Positions 1-10,328 of a DNA stretch of 64,000 nucleotides are shown here, piece by piece. The stretch's first letter is position 1; each line of letters starts with the position of its first letter. This DNA comes from a virus. Taxonomy: Duplodnaviria; Heunggongvirae; Uroviricota; Caudoviricetes. The translations under genes and the position numbers were made by a program. The notes beneath the pieces are model-generated. The model worked only from the letters and a program-made list of their open reading frames with translations, searched no databases and was not told the DNA's origin. Where the stretch lies: IMG/VR virus record IMGVR_UViG_3300013132_000019, one strand, 5' to 3'.

Positions 1-8
1 ATTATTTT

Positions 9-824
9 TTAATCCACCAAATCTTGTGGAATTAATTTATTCAAATACTCATAATTCTCATTATCAGCAATTGCCAAACCTTTTAAATACTCAAGCAAAT
101 CAACATGATAACTGTCAACCTTCCTAACCTCATACACCAAATCCAACCTAGCCTTTAAATAATCAGTTATCTCATATCCCTCACTCTCATATATCTCATT
201 GATATAATCAGCATCAACAACATAATCATCACCAGTTATCTCCATCGCCAACTTCAAAGCCTCAGTACTACCACCTTCAGGCGAATACTCATTAACAACA
301 TCACCATCAATAATGGTATATTCACCAAGATTATATCCGAAATCCTCATCAGCATACTGAACAGTAAATACCAAATCAGGATATTTCTCACTCAATTTCA
401 TAATAGCGGGAAATGGTGTATTCCACGCACTCAAAAATTCACACTCATTATCATCAAGTCGTGTACCATCATAGGCACCCCACTTCGTACCCCAATTCTC
501 AATAGCCCAATCATACCAATTGTCACAACCAAATCGAGCAATGTACTCATCTTGCAACTCCTGTGTCAATGAAAAACTCTTTGAATCCCATGGCGATAAC
601 TCACCAGCCAATTCCTTACGCTCATACTCTGAAATCTCAACTAAACGCTCTTCCTCACTTACAATACGTACTGGCGACTTAACCTCACGCAACTCCTTCG
701 GCATTGGAAGAAAATTGTCAAAAGTAATATTATCATCACTGTCAAATAAGGAATCCATAACCTCCTTTACCTTAAGGTCATTATCCCCCACAATACTTAA
801 AATGTTCGTTACATGATTTGGCAT
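9..824 (-). CDS. hypothetical protein (271 aa), Trp-rich motif NWYDWAIENWGTKWGAYDG
   Basis: Complete ORF from the six-frame track. Acidic, with no motif I can assign to a family. Confidence 0.55.
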   Translation of the reverse strand: MPNHVTNILSIVGDNDLKVKEVMDSLFDSDDNITFDNFLPMPKELREVKSPVRIVSEEERLVEISEYERKELAGELSPWDSKSFSLTQELQDEYIARFGCDNWYDWAIENWGTKWGAYDGTRLDDNECEFLSAWNTPFPAIMKLSEKYPDLVFTVQYADEDFGYNLGEYTIIDGDVVNEYSPEGGSTEALKLAMEITGDDYVVDADYINEIYESEGYEITDYLKARLDLVYEVRKVDSYHVDLLEYLKGLAIADNENYEYLNKLIPQDLVD

Positions 825-848
825 AACTCTAATTCTTTTATTCGTTAA

Positions 849-1143
849 TAATTTTAATTGTCACCGACAAAGATACAAACTTTTTTTAAACCACCAAACT
901 ATACCAACAAAAATTTTTCAATACCTAATCATATAATATGGTATCAAAAAAATATTACCATGGTCCCAAATTAATTTACTATCTTTGCAACCTAGCTGTT
1001 TCAAAATAACGGCCTAGAATCATAGTACCCAGTACTAAAATATTTCATAACAGTATACGGACCATAAAACCAGATTATCTATTATGGTCGCGCCTATGAG
1101 TGGTACCCTAAATCCTTTAGAACCCATGGTATACTGGATTATA
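849..1143. promoter_or_regulatory. 295-bp non-coding region rich in CCATGG/GGTACC-type palindromes
   Basis: Repeated palindromes ACCATGGTCCC, AGTACCCAGTACT, GGTCGCGCC, GTGGTACCC and CCCATGGTATAC, with no ORF. Lies upstream of the 9..824 gene on the minus strand. Confidence 0.3.
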
Positions 1144-1362
1144 TCATACTATATAATATATCTGTTCACCATTTGAAGTCTCATAATAGATTACTTTACC
1201 ATTGGTATCATATTCTCGTTTATACCAATATCCAGTTGAATTCTCATAATAGATTATCTTACCATTGGAATCATATTCTCGTTTATACCAAAATCCAGTT
1301 GAATTCTCATAATAGATTACATTACCATTGGAATCAAATTCTTGTTTTATAATTTTACTCAT
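1144..1362 (-). CDS. YD/MORN-like 21-aa-repeat small protein, paralog 1 (72 aa)
   Basis: Three repeats of GYWYKREYDSNGxxIYYENS and the family C-terminus GEQIYYIV. Confidence 0.6.
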   Translation of the reverse strand: MSKIIKQEFDSNGNVIYYENSTGFWYKREYDSNGKIIYYENSTGYWYKREYDTNGKVIYYETSNGEQIYYIV

Positions 1363-1427
1363 ATTTACCGAATTAAATATATTCTAACCAAACAACCCAT
1401 TTGTGTACACATTTGTGTATATATATA

Positions 1428-1772
1428 TCATACTATATAATATATCTGTTCACCATCTGAATTCTCATAATAGATTACATTACCATTGGCATCATATTCA
1501 CGTTTATACCAATATCCATCTGAATCCTCATAATAGATTCGATTACCATTGGAATCAAATTCTTGTTTAATCCAATATCCATCTGAATCCTCATAATAGA
1601 TTCGATTACCATTGGAATCAAATTCTTGTTTAATCCAATATCCATTTGAATTCTCAAAATAGATTAATTTACCATTGGAATCATATTCTCGTTTATACCA
1701 ATATCCATTTGAATACTCATAATAGACTTCATTACCATTGGAATCATATTCTTGTTTTATAATTTTACTCAT
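1428..1772 (-). CDS. YD/MORN-like repeat protein, paralog 2 (114 aa)
   Basis: Five 21-aa repeats, N-terminus MSKIIKQE, C-terminus GEQIYYIV. Confidence 0.65.
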   Translation of the reverse strand: MSKIIKQEYDSNGNEVYYEYSNGYWYKREYDSNGKLIYFENSNGYWIKQEFDSNGNRIYYEDSDGYWIKQEFDSNGNRIYYEDSDGYWYKREYDANGNVIYYENSDGEQIYYIV

Positions 1773-2050
1773 ACTATATAATATATCTGTTCACCATCTG
1801 AAGTCTCATAATAGATTACATTACCATTGGTATCGTATTCACGTTTACACCAAAATCCATCTGAATTCTCATAATGGATTATGTTACCATTGGAATCAAA
1901 TTCTCGTTTATACCAATATCCAGATGAATCCTCACAATAGATTATGTTACCATTGGTGTCAAATTCACGTTTATACCAATATCCTTTTGAATTCTCAGAA
2001 TAGATTACATTACCATTGGTATCGTATTCACGTTTTATAATTTTACTCAT
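1769..2050 (-). CDS. YD/MORN-like repeat protein, paralog 3 (93 aa)
   Basis: Four repeats. ATGA start/stop overlap with the neighbouring gene. Confidence 0.65.
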   Translation of the reverse strand: MSKIIKREYDTNGNVIYSENSKGYWYKREFDTNGNIIYCEDSSGYWYKREFDSNGNIIHYENSDGFWCKREYDTNGNVIYYETSDGEQIYYIV

Positions 2051-2265
2051 AATATATAATATATCTGTTCACCATCTGAATTCTCAAAATAGATTACATT
2101 ACCATTGGTGTCATATTCTTGTTTATACCAATATCCATATGAATTCTCAAAATAAATTCGATTACCATTGGAATCATATTCACGTTTATACCAATATCCA
2201 TTTGAATACTCAGAATAGATTACATTACCATTGGTATCGTATTCACGTTTTATAATCTTAATCAT
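2047..2265 (-). CDS. YD/MORN-like repeat protein, paralog 4 (72 aa)
   Basis: Three repeats. Confidence 0.6.
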   Translation of the reverse strand: MIKIIKREYDTNGNVIYSEYSNGYWYKREYDSNGNRIYFENSYGYWYKQEYDTNGNVIYFENSDGEQIYYIL

Positions 2266-2385
2266 AGTATTGTTATTATTTCGGGGTATAAAGGTACATA
2301 AAAATTTTTAAACTGATTGTGGTATTTTGTGGTAAATGACTTGTATATATCAAAAATATTTTGTAAAATCTATAAATAATTTATG

Positions 2386-2455
2386 AATGGGTTGATTACT
2401 TCAGTATATTCTTAGTATATTCTTAGTATATTCTTAGTATATTCTTAGTATATTT
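2386..2455. repeat. 11-bp tandem repeat (TATATTCTTAG) x5
   Basis: Direct read of cttagtatatt repeated five times, in an intergenic position. Confidence 0.8.
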
Positions 2456-2729
2456 CTCATTGGTCATTAAGGTATAATTTACGTATTATAATATATTTCA
2501 TATACCATTGTTTACCACTTATTGCCATTTTACCATATTTCTCTACCACTTTCACCCACCAGATTATTTCATTTAGCATTATACGGGTTAATTATCATAA
2601 TACTTTAAAAAATGGCACACTTGCTAATAAAAGTATAAAATGGTACCTGAGTATGGTTTATACCGAGAAAGTGTCTTAGGCTTGATTTATGGGGTTTTTA
2701 ATTACTGATTCAATGTCGTGATTCTGTCA

Positions 2730-3092
2730 TTATATGTTTTTCAGTAGTTGGTATATAGTTATGAATTTGGTTATTTTATTTAATAGTTCTGTTGCGTTTT
2801 GATTATCCATTAGGTAAAGTTCTAATGTTTGTGGTGACCATTGATTTTTAGCGTTTCGGTATACGTGAGTTACTATTTGTTTATATATTGTTTCATTATT
2901 TAGGTGGTCATAAAGTTCAATGTTTGTTGCTTTAAGTTTTATATTATCATTAGCTTTGCTTGGTATTGTGAATTCTGGTGAAATATTTTTTATTGTATAT
3001 ATTTTAAAATCTGTTTGGTTTATTGACGGTGAGTTGACCAACAGTTTGTTTATAATATTTTGGTTGATTTGATTTCCTTTAAGTTTTTTCAT
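2730..3092 (-). CDS. hypothetical protein (120 aa) interrupting the repeat-protein array
   Basis: ORF with a 4-nt ATGA overlap with the downstream paralog. Confidence 0.5.
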   Translation of the reverse strand: MKKLKGNQINQNIINKLLVNSPSINQTDFKIYTIKNISPEFTIPSKANDNIKLKATNIELYDHLNNETIYKQIVTHVYRNAKNQWSPQTLELYLMDNQNATELLNKITKFITIYQLLKNI

Positions 3093-3433
3093 AGTATGTA
3101 GTATATCTGCTTACCATCTGAATTCTCATAATAGATTAATTTACCATTGGTATCATATTCATATTTATACCAATATCCATTTGAATTCTCAAAATAGATT
3201 ACATTACCATTGGCATCATATTCACGTTTATACCAATATCCATCTGAAGCCTCATAATAGATTTCATTACCATTGGCGTCATATTCTTGTTTATACCAAT
3301 AGCCTCTTGAATCCTCGAAATAGATTACTTTACCATTGGAATCATATTCATATTTATACCAATATCCATTTGAATTCTCACAATAGATTATCTTACCATT
3401 GGTATCAAATTCTTGTTTTATAAGTTCACTCAT
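3089..3433 (-). CDS. YD/MORN-like repeat protein, paralog 5 (114 aa)
   Basis: Five repeats. Confidence 0.65.
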   Translation of the reverse strand: MSELIKQEFDTNGKIIYCENSNGYWYKYEYDSNGKVIYFEDSRGYWYKQEYDANGNEIYYEASDGYWYKREYDANGNVIYFENSNGYWYKYEYDTNGKLIYYENSDGKQIYYIL

Positions 3434-3774
3434 AATATATAATATATCTGTTCACCATATGAATTCTCATAATGGATTATGTTACCATTGGAATCATATT
3501 CACGTTTATACCAATATCCAGATGAATCCTCACAATAGATTATGTTACCATTGGTGTCAAATTCACGTTTACACCAATATCCATCTGAATCCTCATAATA
3601 GATTCGATTACCATTGGTATCAAATTCTTTTTTATGCCAATATCCATTTGAATTCTCAAAATAGATTAATTTACCATTGGAATCAAATTCTTGTTTAGAC
3701 CAATATCCCTTTGAATTCTCAAAATAGATTAATTTACCATTGGTATCATATTCTTGTTTTATAAGTTCACTCAT
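3430..3774 (-). CDS. YD/MORN-like repeat protein, paralog 6 (114 aa)
   Basis: Five repeats. Confidence 0.65.
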   Translation of the reverse strand: MSELIKQEYDTNGKLIYFENSKGYWSKQEFDSNGKLIYFENSNGYWHKKEFDTNGNRIYYEDSDGYWCKREFDTNGNIIYCEDSSGYWYKREYDSNGNIIHYENSYGEQIYYIL

Positions 3775-4052
3775 AATATATAATATATCTGTTCACCATA
3801 TGAATCCTCACAATAGATTATGTTACCATTGGTGTCATATTCTTGTTTATACCAATATCCTTTTGAATTCTCATAATAGATTCTGTTACCATTGGTATCA
3901 TATTCTCGTTTAGACCAAAATCCATTTGAATACTCAGAATAGATTAATTTACCATTGGTATCATATTCATATTTATACCAATATCCATTTGAAGTCTCAT
4001 GATAGATTACATTACCATTGGAATCAAATTCTTTTTTAATAATTTTGCTCAT
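3771..4052 (-). CDS. YD/MORN-like repeat protein, paralog 7 (93 aa)
   Basis: Four repeats. Confidence 0.65.
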   Translation of the reverse strand: MSKIIKKEFDSNGNVIYHETSNGYWYKYEYDTNGKLIYSEYSNGFWSKREYDTNGNRIYYENSKGYWYKQEYDTNGNIIYCEDSYGEQIYYIL

Positions 4053-4408
4053 ACTATATAATATATCTGTTCACCATCTGAATCCTCAAAATAGATTTGA
4101 TTACCATTGGCGTCATATTCACGTTTATCCCAATATCCTTTTGAATTCTCATAATAGATTCTGTTACCATTGGTATCATATTCTCGTTTAGACCAAAATC
4201 CATTTGAATACTCAGAATATATTTCATTACCATTGGAATCAAATTCATATTTAGACCAATATCCATATGAATCCTCAGAATAGATTACATTACCATTGGA
4301 ATCAAATTCATATTTAAACAAATATCCATCTGAATCCTCAGAATAGATTACATTACCATTGGAATCAAATTCTTTTTTAATAATTTTGCTCATAGTGCTA
4401 AGGTACAA
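4049..4408 (-). CDS. YD/MORN-like repeat protein, paralog 8 (119 aa; the probable start is the MSKIIKK Met at 4393)
   Basis: Five repeats. Confidence 0.6.
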   Translation of the reverse strand: MYLSTMSKIIKKEFDSNGNVIYSEDSDGYLFKYEFDSNGNVIYSEDSYGYWSKYEFDSNGNEIYSEYSNGFWSKREYDTNGNRIYYENSKGYWDKREYDANGNQIYFEDSDGEQIYYIV

Positions 4409-4409
4409 A

Positions 4410-4466
4410 AAAAAATGGGAAGGTATTTGAACATTCCCATTAATTTATTTTTAAGTTGTTAACCTA
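4410..4466 (-). terminator. rho-independent terminator (AATGGGAA-loop-TTCCCATT followed by a T-run on the minus strand)
   Basis: Perfect 8-bp stem followed by T9 on the minus strand, downstream of the 4467..4709 gene. Confidence 0.55.
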
Positions 4467-4709
4467 TTAATCAAAAGCTGCTTGCATTTTTTTGGTAACT
4501 GGGTTAACTTCTTGTTGTACGTATTTGATAATGTTAGGTGTTTCGGTTGCTATTGTTCCATGTTCGCCATGTGTTACAATTGCTTTTCCGTTGGTTTTGA
4601 TTTTCATTGTACCATTACCCAAATCTTTTGCTTGAATACCATTTGCTGTTAGTTTGTGAGTGTTTGTTGATGGTTCCAATACGATTGTGTTATTTTCAAA
4701 ATTTTCCAT
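4467..4709 (-). CDS. hypothetical small protein (80 aa)
   Basis: ORF flanked by a terminator and an (ATT)n tract. Confidence 0.45.
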   Translation of the reverse strand: MENFENNTIVLEPSTNTHKLTANGIQAKDLGNGTMKIKTNGKAIVTHGEHGTIATETPNIIKYVQQEVNPVTKKMQAAFD

Positions 4710-4724
4710 GATTTTTTGTTTTTG

Positions 4725-5113
<389 letters not shown>

Positions 5114-5114
5114 A

Positions 5115-5852
5115 TTAGCTTTGTGCTGATAAGAATTTGAAGTATTGTTCTGCTGTTAATGGTACAATTTCACCTGATGGTTCAACTTCGCTATTAAGTT
5201 CCACTAAAAGCACATCACCTTGTCGTTTTATTTCCTTTATGTGAGGTATTAGGTTTTCATGAATTCTAAATGTTGAGGCAACAGCTTCGAGTGGTGAATC
5301 TTTATATTGGTCTTCAATCCATAGCCAATGTTCTTTGTTGGTTGTTGTGCACCAACATTTGAGAGCATATAGATTTTCTTCAAGTCCAAGTTTTTCACCA
5401 GACACTTCGTGTACTTCATAGATATTATCAAATTCGTGATAGCCCAAAAATTCGCCAGATTCGGAATATACTTTTTGGTTAACGTGTTTTCCATCGGTTG
5501 CAATTCTTGTTGCTCCCAATTCGTTAATCATTTCGCTTACATCTATTGACCCGAATACTGTTGCTCTGAATTGTGAGTTTTCAATTTGGAAAGCTTCACG
5601 GTATGTGAATGGTTCAACTTTATCGTATTCATTTAGAACCTTTTCAATGAATGAGTCGGTATTCCAACCAGTATTTGTTGAGGTTGTCTGTATTGGTTTA
5701 ACAAATCGTTCGATGAAACGATTTTTATTTGTGAATATACCTTTAAGGTATTTAACACCATCTGTTATTGATATGTCATTATCGAATGATTGGTTATCGA
5801 TATTGATATTGATATCTGTATTGAATTTTTTGAAGTTGAATACTTGGCTCAT
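5115..5852 (-). CDS. hypothetical protein (245 aa)
   Basis: ORF with the TATATTTG promoter box 34 nt upstream. Confidence 0.6.
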   Translation of the reverse strand: MSQVFNFKKFNTDININIDNQSFDNDISITDGVKYLKGIFTNKNRFIERFVKPIQTTSTNTGWNTDSFIEKVLNEYDKVEPFTYREAFQIENSQFRATVFGSIDVSEMINELGATRIATDGKHVNQKVYSESGEFLGYHEFDNIYEVHEVSGEKLGLEENLYALKCWCTTTNKEHWLWIEDQYKDSPLEAVASTFRIHENLIPHIKEIKRQGDVLLVELNSEVEPSGEIVPLTAEQYFKFLSAQS

Positions 5853-5885
5853 TTTTATTTATTTTCGTTTTTTAATTTATAATGC

Positions 5886-5893
5886 AAATATAT
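5886..5893 (-). promoter_or_regulatory. -7 promoter box TATATTTG (Bacteroidetes type) within a duplicated ~50-bp upstream segment
   Basis: The segment ttttcgttttttaatttataatgcaaatatatgaaataatttttaat occurs at 5857-5908 and again at 6847-6898. Confidence 0.5.
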
Positions 5894-5907
5894 GAAATAA
5901 TTTTTAA

Positions 5908-6381
5908 TCACCATTTTTTAATTTCAATAAAATTTGGTGTATCATCAGTGAAGGCGTAACCTCTTAATGTATAATCAAATCCGCGATACTCTTGTTCGGC
6001 ACTAATATTAAAAGAAATTCTATTTTGTAACCAAAAATACTTAAAACCTTCGTTTTCTATAAGTTTAATTATGTTATCTTTTTTTATTTGTACCAAACGA
6101 CAATTTAATGTTTTACAGTTACAATCGACACACAGTTTTCGTGGTCTAGTATCAATATTAGCCACCTGAACCCATGGCCAAGATAAGTTTGGTCCTGCTG
6201 TAGTATCTACGTGTATCTCACCGTTAAATATATTTCGTTCAATGCTTAATTGGTGATATCCAGTCCAATTAAAAAAACCTAACCAAAATAATAATATTGT
6301 AATTAAAGGTAAAATTAAGCTTTTATTGGTTGATAGAAAGTGTGTCAACGGCACTTTTAATTTTGTTATCGTAATTTTCAT
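5908..6381 (-). CDS. membrane protein with N-terminal TM helix (157 aa), paralog of 6323..6847
   Basis: Hydrophobic N-terminus and a shared LNC(R/K)LVQ motif with the neighbouring ORF. Confidence 0.5.
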   Translation of the reverse strand: MKITITKLKVPLTHFLSTNKSLILPLITILLFWLGFFNWTGYHQLSIERNIFNGEIHVDTTAGPNLSWPWVQVANIDTRPRKLCVDCNCKTLNCRLVQIKKDNIIKLIENEGFKYFWLQNRISFNISAEQEYRGFDYTLRGYAFTDDTPNFIEIKKW

Positions 6382-6847
6382 TTTTAAGTTCTTTTGTTAT
6401 TGTAAAAAACGGATAACCTTTTTGTGATTCATCATAAGCATAGTTCATTAATAGGTTAGTTAGGTTATTATGACTATAATCCCCTCTTCCGTGCCAAGAT
6501 ATAAAGGTTTCGTAACCTGCTGGATTAAACTGGACTAACTTGCAATTGAGTACTCTAGAATTTGCAGTACTTTGGGTATTACCGCCATTAATACAAATTT
6601 GTATTGGTCTTAAATCAATCCGATGTGCGATTTTAATAAATGGTATGGTTTTAACATATCCATGTTTATATGAACCGTCTTCATTTAATATTGGTGAGGT
6701 TTGACCAGTTCTAGCATCAAAATAGTATGCAAACTCGTAATTATCGACAAAGGTTAAGAATGCTATTCGATACGTAGCTAAACCAATTAAGCCTAAAAAG
6801 ATTAACGCACCGACAACCACGCCTAAACTAATTAAATTGTTTTTCAT
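6323..6847 (-). CDS. membrane protein with N-terminal TM helix (174 aa), paralog of 5908..6381
   Basis: Hydrophobic N-terminus, the same duplicated promoter segment upstream. Confidence 0.55.
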   Translation of the reverse strand: MKNNLISLGVVVGALIFLGLIGLATYRIAFLTFVDNYEFAYYFDARTGQTSPILNEDGSYKHGYVKTIPFIKIAHRIDLRPIQICINGGNTQSTANSRVLNCKLVQFNPAGYETFISWHGRGDYSHNNLTNLLMNYAYDESQKGYPFFTITKELKNENYDNKIKSAVDTLSINQ

Positions 6848-6875
6848 TTTTATTTTCGTTTTTTAATTTATAATG

Positions 6876-6883
6876 CAAATATA
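6876..6883 (-). promoter_or_regulatory. -7 promoter box TATATTTG (second copy of the duplicated upstream segment)
   Basis: Identical ~50-bp segment to the one at 5857-5908. Confidence 0.5.
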
Positions 6884-6913
6884 TGAAATAATTTTTAATG
6901 TGCAAAATTATTT

Positions 6914-7369
6914 TTATTGATATTTTTTGATAAATTCAATCATTTTCTGGTCGTATTGGTTTGGCGGTAATGTTTCCATTTCTTCTGACCAATAACCTTC
7001 TTTCACCATTCTATCTTTAACAGCTTTTTGTGGTTGTTCATTGCGTTTTTTGCAAACCCATTCAACTGTTCCATAATAACCTTTGCTCGTGACCAATTTA
7101 AAATAATCGATTATTGGAGTTGGTTCATCTGGTTCACCATAATTATCGCAGAATTCTATTGGTTCAGCGTCCGCTACTCCCCAAGCCATGATATCGGAAA
7201 CATTAACCATAAGTGCTACTGTATATTCACCATTATGTGTTTTAATATTTGTAACCAAGAGATATTCATATTTTAATAACCAAGCCAAAGCTTGTTCTTC
7301 GTCATTATTTCTTATTGTTTCAAAAACAGATTCGGTCATTTTAATATTTTTTTTAAGAATAGACACCAT
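6914..7369 (-). CDS. hypothetical protein (151 aa)
   Basis: ORF. Confidence 0.5.
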   Translation of the reverse strand: MVSILKKNIKMTESVFETIRNNDEEQALAWLLKYEYLLVTNIKTHNGEYTVALMVNVSDIMAWGVADAEPIEFCDNYGEPDEPTPIIDYFKLVTSKGYYGTVEWVCKKRNEQPQKAVKDRMVKEGYWSEEMETLPPNQYDQKMIEFIKKYQ

Positions 7370-7538
7370 GTTCGATTCGTGTCATTACGGTAATGATTTC
7401 TTCTTTGGTGTATTCTATAGGTTTATTACCGCCCATTGCTTTGCAAGGTGTGTTTAACCATTCAATTAGTTTATTATAGTCTCCGCTCCAAACATCATAA
7501 CCCATTACAATAATTTCGATTAAATCTTCTTTACTCAT
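7353..7538 (-). CDS. hypothetical small protein (61 aa)
   Basis: ORF with a short overlap with its neighbour. Confidence 0.35.
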   Translation of the reverse strand: MSKEDLIEIIVMGYDVWSGDYNKLIEWLNTPCKAMGGNKPIEYTKEEIITVMTRIEHGVYS

Positions 7539-7679
7539 CTTTGTTTTGGTTTAATTTGTCTCTGAAGTATTTCTTCCATAATAACTTGTGTTCTTAACAT
7601 AGCACCTCTCTGTCTTACAGATAGTTTGAGTTCTAGTGCTAACTGTTCATCAGTCATATTTTTAAAAATGCTTTTCATA

Positions 7680-7889
7680 TCACCAGTCGGCATAATCGCT
7701 CCTATAATTATCTTTAGGTGCTTTATAGTTACTAATTATCTTATCTACTAACTCTACTTTAAGTTTAATACCTACTACGGCATTTTCTATACCTTGCTTA
7801 TCCCAAGAAATTGTTAGTATACCTTCATCCTCGTTGAATGATATGTGTTTCAGTTGTTCTTTTGAGCAGCTATATATTCTATTACTCAT
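7680..7889 (-). CDS. hypothetical small protein (69 aa)
   Basis: ORF. Confidence 0.35.
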   Translation of the reverse strand: MSNRIYSCSKEQLKHISFNEDEGILTISWDKQGIENAVVGIKLKVELVDKIISNYKAPKDNYRSDYADW

Positions 7890-7901
7890 TTTTGTTTTGG
7901 T

Positions 7902-8129
7902 TTAATCTTTTGTTGAGATGTACGTATTACAATTAGCACACCATTTACCGTCATACTCTACTTTCATCAAAGTAGAACAGAAATCACAGGCTTCTGGTGG
8001 AAAATCATCCATTCTTATGTTAGCGATGGCTAATGCCAATCCTCTTCGCACTCCTTCATCATAGTCTGTATCTGATTTAAATTCACTCATCTTAGATACT
8101 AGATGTTGTATAAGTTCTTCTTTATTCAT
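7902..8129 (-). CDS. hypothetical zinc-ribbon-like protein (75 aa)
   Basis: C-terminal CDFC...CANC pattern. Confidence 0.4.
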   Translation of the reverse strand: MNKEELIQHLVSKMSEFKSDTDYDEGVRRGLALAIANIRMDDFPPEACDFCSTLMKVEYDGKWCANCNTYISTKD

Positions 8130-8523
8130 CTTTACAATATTTTCTAATCAAATCAAAAACTTCTGACATATTATCAGTTAGTTTTAATTGTTCATTTCTT
8201 TTAGTTGGTAGCCATGCAATAACATAGCCATGATTACCACCGTTTCCAACCTCTGTTACTTTTTTACCATTCACTTTATCCAGATAAATCCATGGTACAT
8301 TACTAACGCATTCGATTGTAATTCCAATTTTTTCTAATCGATTAATTAATGTTGTTAGTTTATCATAGTTTAATCTATTACTTGAATTGCACATAGTACA
8401 AAGTCTTCTATTGGAACCAACCAATCCAAGTTTGGTTGTGTGCCATGTATCCTGTTTACAATGTTCACAGTATTGCCAACCTTGTTCAGTCACATTATAA
8501 ATAGATTTACGTTTAGCGCTCAT
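8122..8523 (-). CDS. hypothetical Cys-rich protein (133 aa)
   Basis: N-terminal CEHC...CTMC pattern. Confidence 0.5.
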   Translation of the reverse strand: MSAKRKSIYNVTEQGWQYCEHCKQDTWHTTKLGLVGSNRRLCTMCNSSNRLNYDKLTTLINRLEKIGITIECVSNVPWIYLDKVNGKKVTEVGNGGNHGYVIAWLPTKRNEQLKLTDNMSEVFDLIRKYCKDE

Positions 8524-8840
8524 TCTTTAACATATAATGTATCCAACTTATCCCACAGTTCGTTATTGAATTCTTCCCATTTATCATCCAAAATTCTAAG
8601 ACCGAAACCTTTGATTCTATATGGTTTTTCCAAGAACCAATAGGCAAGTTCAATTGATGACCTCATTGTTTGTTCGATATTACCGAACTCGTGGTTATCA
8701 TTGTACCAATATGTTTGGCGGCCATAATCTCTGAACTCAATTGAGAAGCAGAGGTTACAACCATCATCATAATGTTCAATAACATAATGAATGAAAACAT
8801 TTTTGTTTTCCAAATCGGTATATGAACTTAGGTCAATCAT
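8520..8840 (-). CDS. hypothetical protein (106 aa)
   Basis: ORF. Confidence 0.5.
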   Translation of the reverse strand: MIDLSSYTDLENKNVFIHYVIEHYDDGCNLCFSIEFRDYGRQTYWYNDNHEFGNIEQTMRSSIELAYWFLEKPYRIKGFGLRILDDKWEEFNNELWDKLDTLYVKE

Positions 8841-8870
8841 TATATTATTTTTACAAAGATAGTAATTTTT

Positions 8871-9290
8871 TTAATATGGTTTCTTGTTTTTTTCGTATCC
8901 TAAGAATTTAAGAAGTTGTACAAGTTCTGTGAAAGTTGAGATGTTGAGTGGGGTAATTGACCCATCAATGTAAACCAATTCATTTTCACATTCTACGTTA
9001 AAAAATGGTGTTTCTACCATCTGGTTATTAAATCCAATCTCCTCAAGTCTCCAAGGAACTATTCTATCTTCCAGTAGGTCGATGAAGTGTTGGGCGGGGA
9101 TTTCGGTTCGACCTTGAAGCTTAAGTAAGTGTGGGTTCGTAGGACCTACAACTCCATTGTTCATAGGCATGTCATAACTCCAAAAAACGGCAGATTTTTC
9201 AGCGTAAACATGAGACTTTAAGCCTAATTTTGTCCAATCTTCATCAGTCTTAAGTACACAGTAAACGTCTTTTAATTCAGTCTTTTTCAT
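8871..9290 (-). CDS. hypothetical protein (139 aa)
   Basis: ORF. Confidence 0.5.
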   Translation of the reverse strand: MKKTELKDVYCVLKTDEDWTKLGLKSHVYAEKSAVFWSYDMPMNNGVVGPTNPHLLKLQGRTEIPAQHFIDLLEDRIVPWRLEEIGFNNQMVETPFFNVECENELVYIDGSITPLNISTFTELVQLLKFLGYEKNKKPY

Positions 9291-9306
9291 TGTTGTTGTT
9301 GATTGT

Positions 9307-9720
9307 TCAAAAATTTTTTTGTATCAATTCCATTGATTGGTATAATCCAGCTTCAAGAGCTTCTTCGTATGTCTCAAATTCCAATTCATCAAGAGTTTTA
9401 CCGTTAATGGTAACATAGTAATGTTGAAACCATCTGTTCGTATTATATTGGGAAATTGAACAGACGTGGACGCCATGTTCCTCTCTCAACCATTTTTGGA
9501 GTAAGGATTGAGTTGGTGCTGATATTTTTTCTTGGTCATTAATCCATCGAGAAAAAATCATTGCGTGTCGGCATGCTAATGTTTTTTGTTTAAATACACC
9601 ATCAAATGTACCGAAAGCATAATCGCTTAAATTACATTCGGGGTCAAAACCCTTCTCTTTAGCGAGCTTAGCCGTTTTGAACGATATAAGTTGTTCTTTC
9701 ATAATCTCTTTTTTATCCAA
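9307..9720 (-). CDS. hypothetical protein (137 aa)
   Basis: ORF. Confidence 0.5.
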   Translation of the reverse strand: MDKKEIMKEQLISFKTAKLAKEKGFDPECNLSDYAFGTFDGVFKQKTLACRHAMIFSRWINDQEKISAPTQSLLQKWLREEHGVHVCSISQYNTNRWFQHYYVTINGKTLDELEFETYEEALEAGLYQSMELIQKNF

Positions 9721-10328
9721 TTTAACACAAATTCAGCACATTTGTTGCTGTTAGGTTGAACAATTCGTTCAGGTTTACAATGTGAATCGTTAACAATGTC
9801 ATGCAACATCTGTTCGACCTCTTCTCTTGTATACAATTTCGCTTCAATCGGATGAATGGTGATTTCGTGGCGTGGGTTGACTTTAAGTTCAAGTTCATAT
9901 TTAGGAACTGTCACAATATACTCCACATCAACTTCATCAACACCACCCTTTCTACAATATTCTTTGATGAATGATTTTGGAATCAATGCGCACCCTTGTC
10001 CGTATTTATCAGAAGCAGAATGCCATAATTTATCATCAGTGGTTGCTATGATTTTATGTCTCCAATCGTTGTTTACAGCGTCTTTTTCAGCTTGATAAAT
10101 GCCTACCGATTGACCTATTCCACCTGATATGTAATACCAATCGCCTTCCTTTATCTCTGAATCATCTATGATGTAGAGGTTTTGATTTTGAAGAGACTCT
10201 TCTATTGTGGGAACTTCTCCATAAAAAATACCCTTACGTTCGTTATACTTACACAAAGCAATCTGTGATGCTTTATTCGTAGGTAGCATCACTACTTTAC
10301 ATCGTTTTGTTTCCATTGTTTTTAACAT
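9699..10328 (-). CDS. hypothetical protein (209 aa)
   Basis: ORF. Confidence 0.5.
   Translation of the reverse strand: MLKTMETKRCKVVMLPTNKASQIALCKYNERKGIFYGEVPTIEESLQNQNLYIIDDSEIKEGDWYYISGGIGQSVGIYQAEKDAVNNDWRHKIIATTDDKLWHSASDKYGQGCALIPKSFIKEYCRKGGVDEVDVEYIVTVPKYELELKVNPRHEITIHPIEAKLYTREEVEQMLHDIVNDSHCKPERIVQPNSNKCAEFVLNWIKKRL

Noticed and set aside
1738-3698. Plus-strand ORFs of about 80-100 aa with repetitive HYHW(Y/C)RIHVYTNI sequences (1738..2040, 2016..2255, 3181..3423, 3399..3698).
   Set aside because: They are antisense reading frames of the 63-bp-repeat genes on the minus strand. The real genes are the minus-strand repeat proteins with consistent starts, stops and ATGA couplings.
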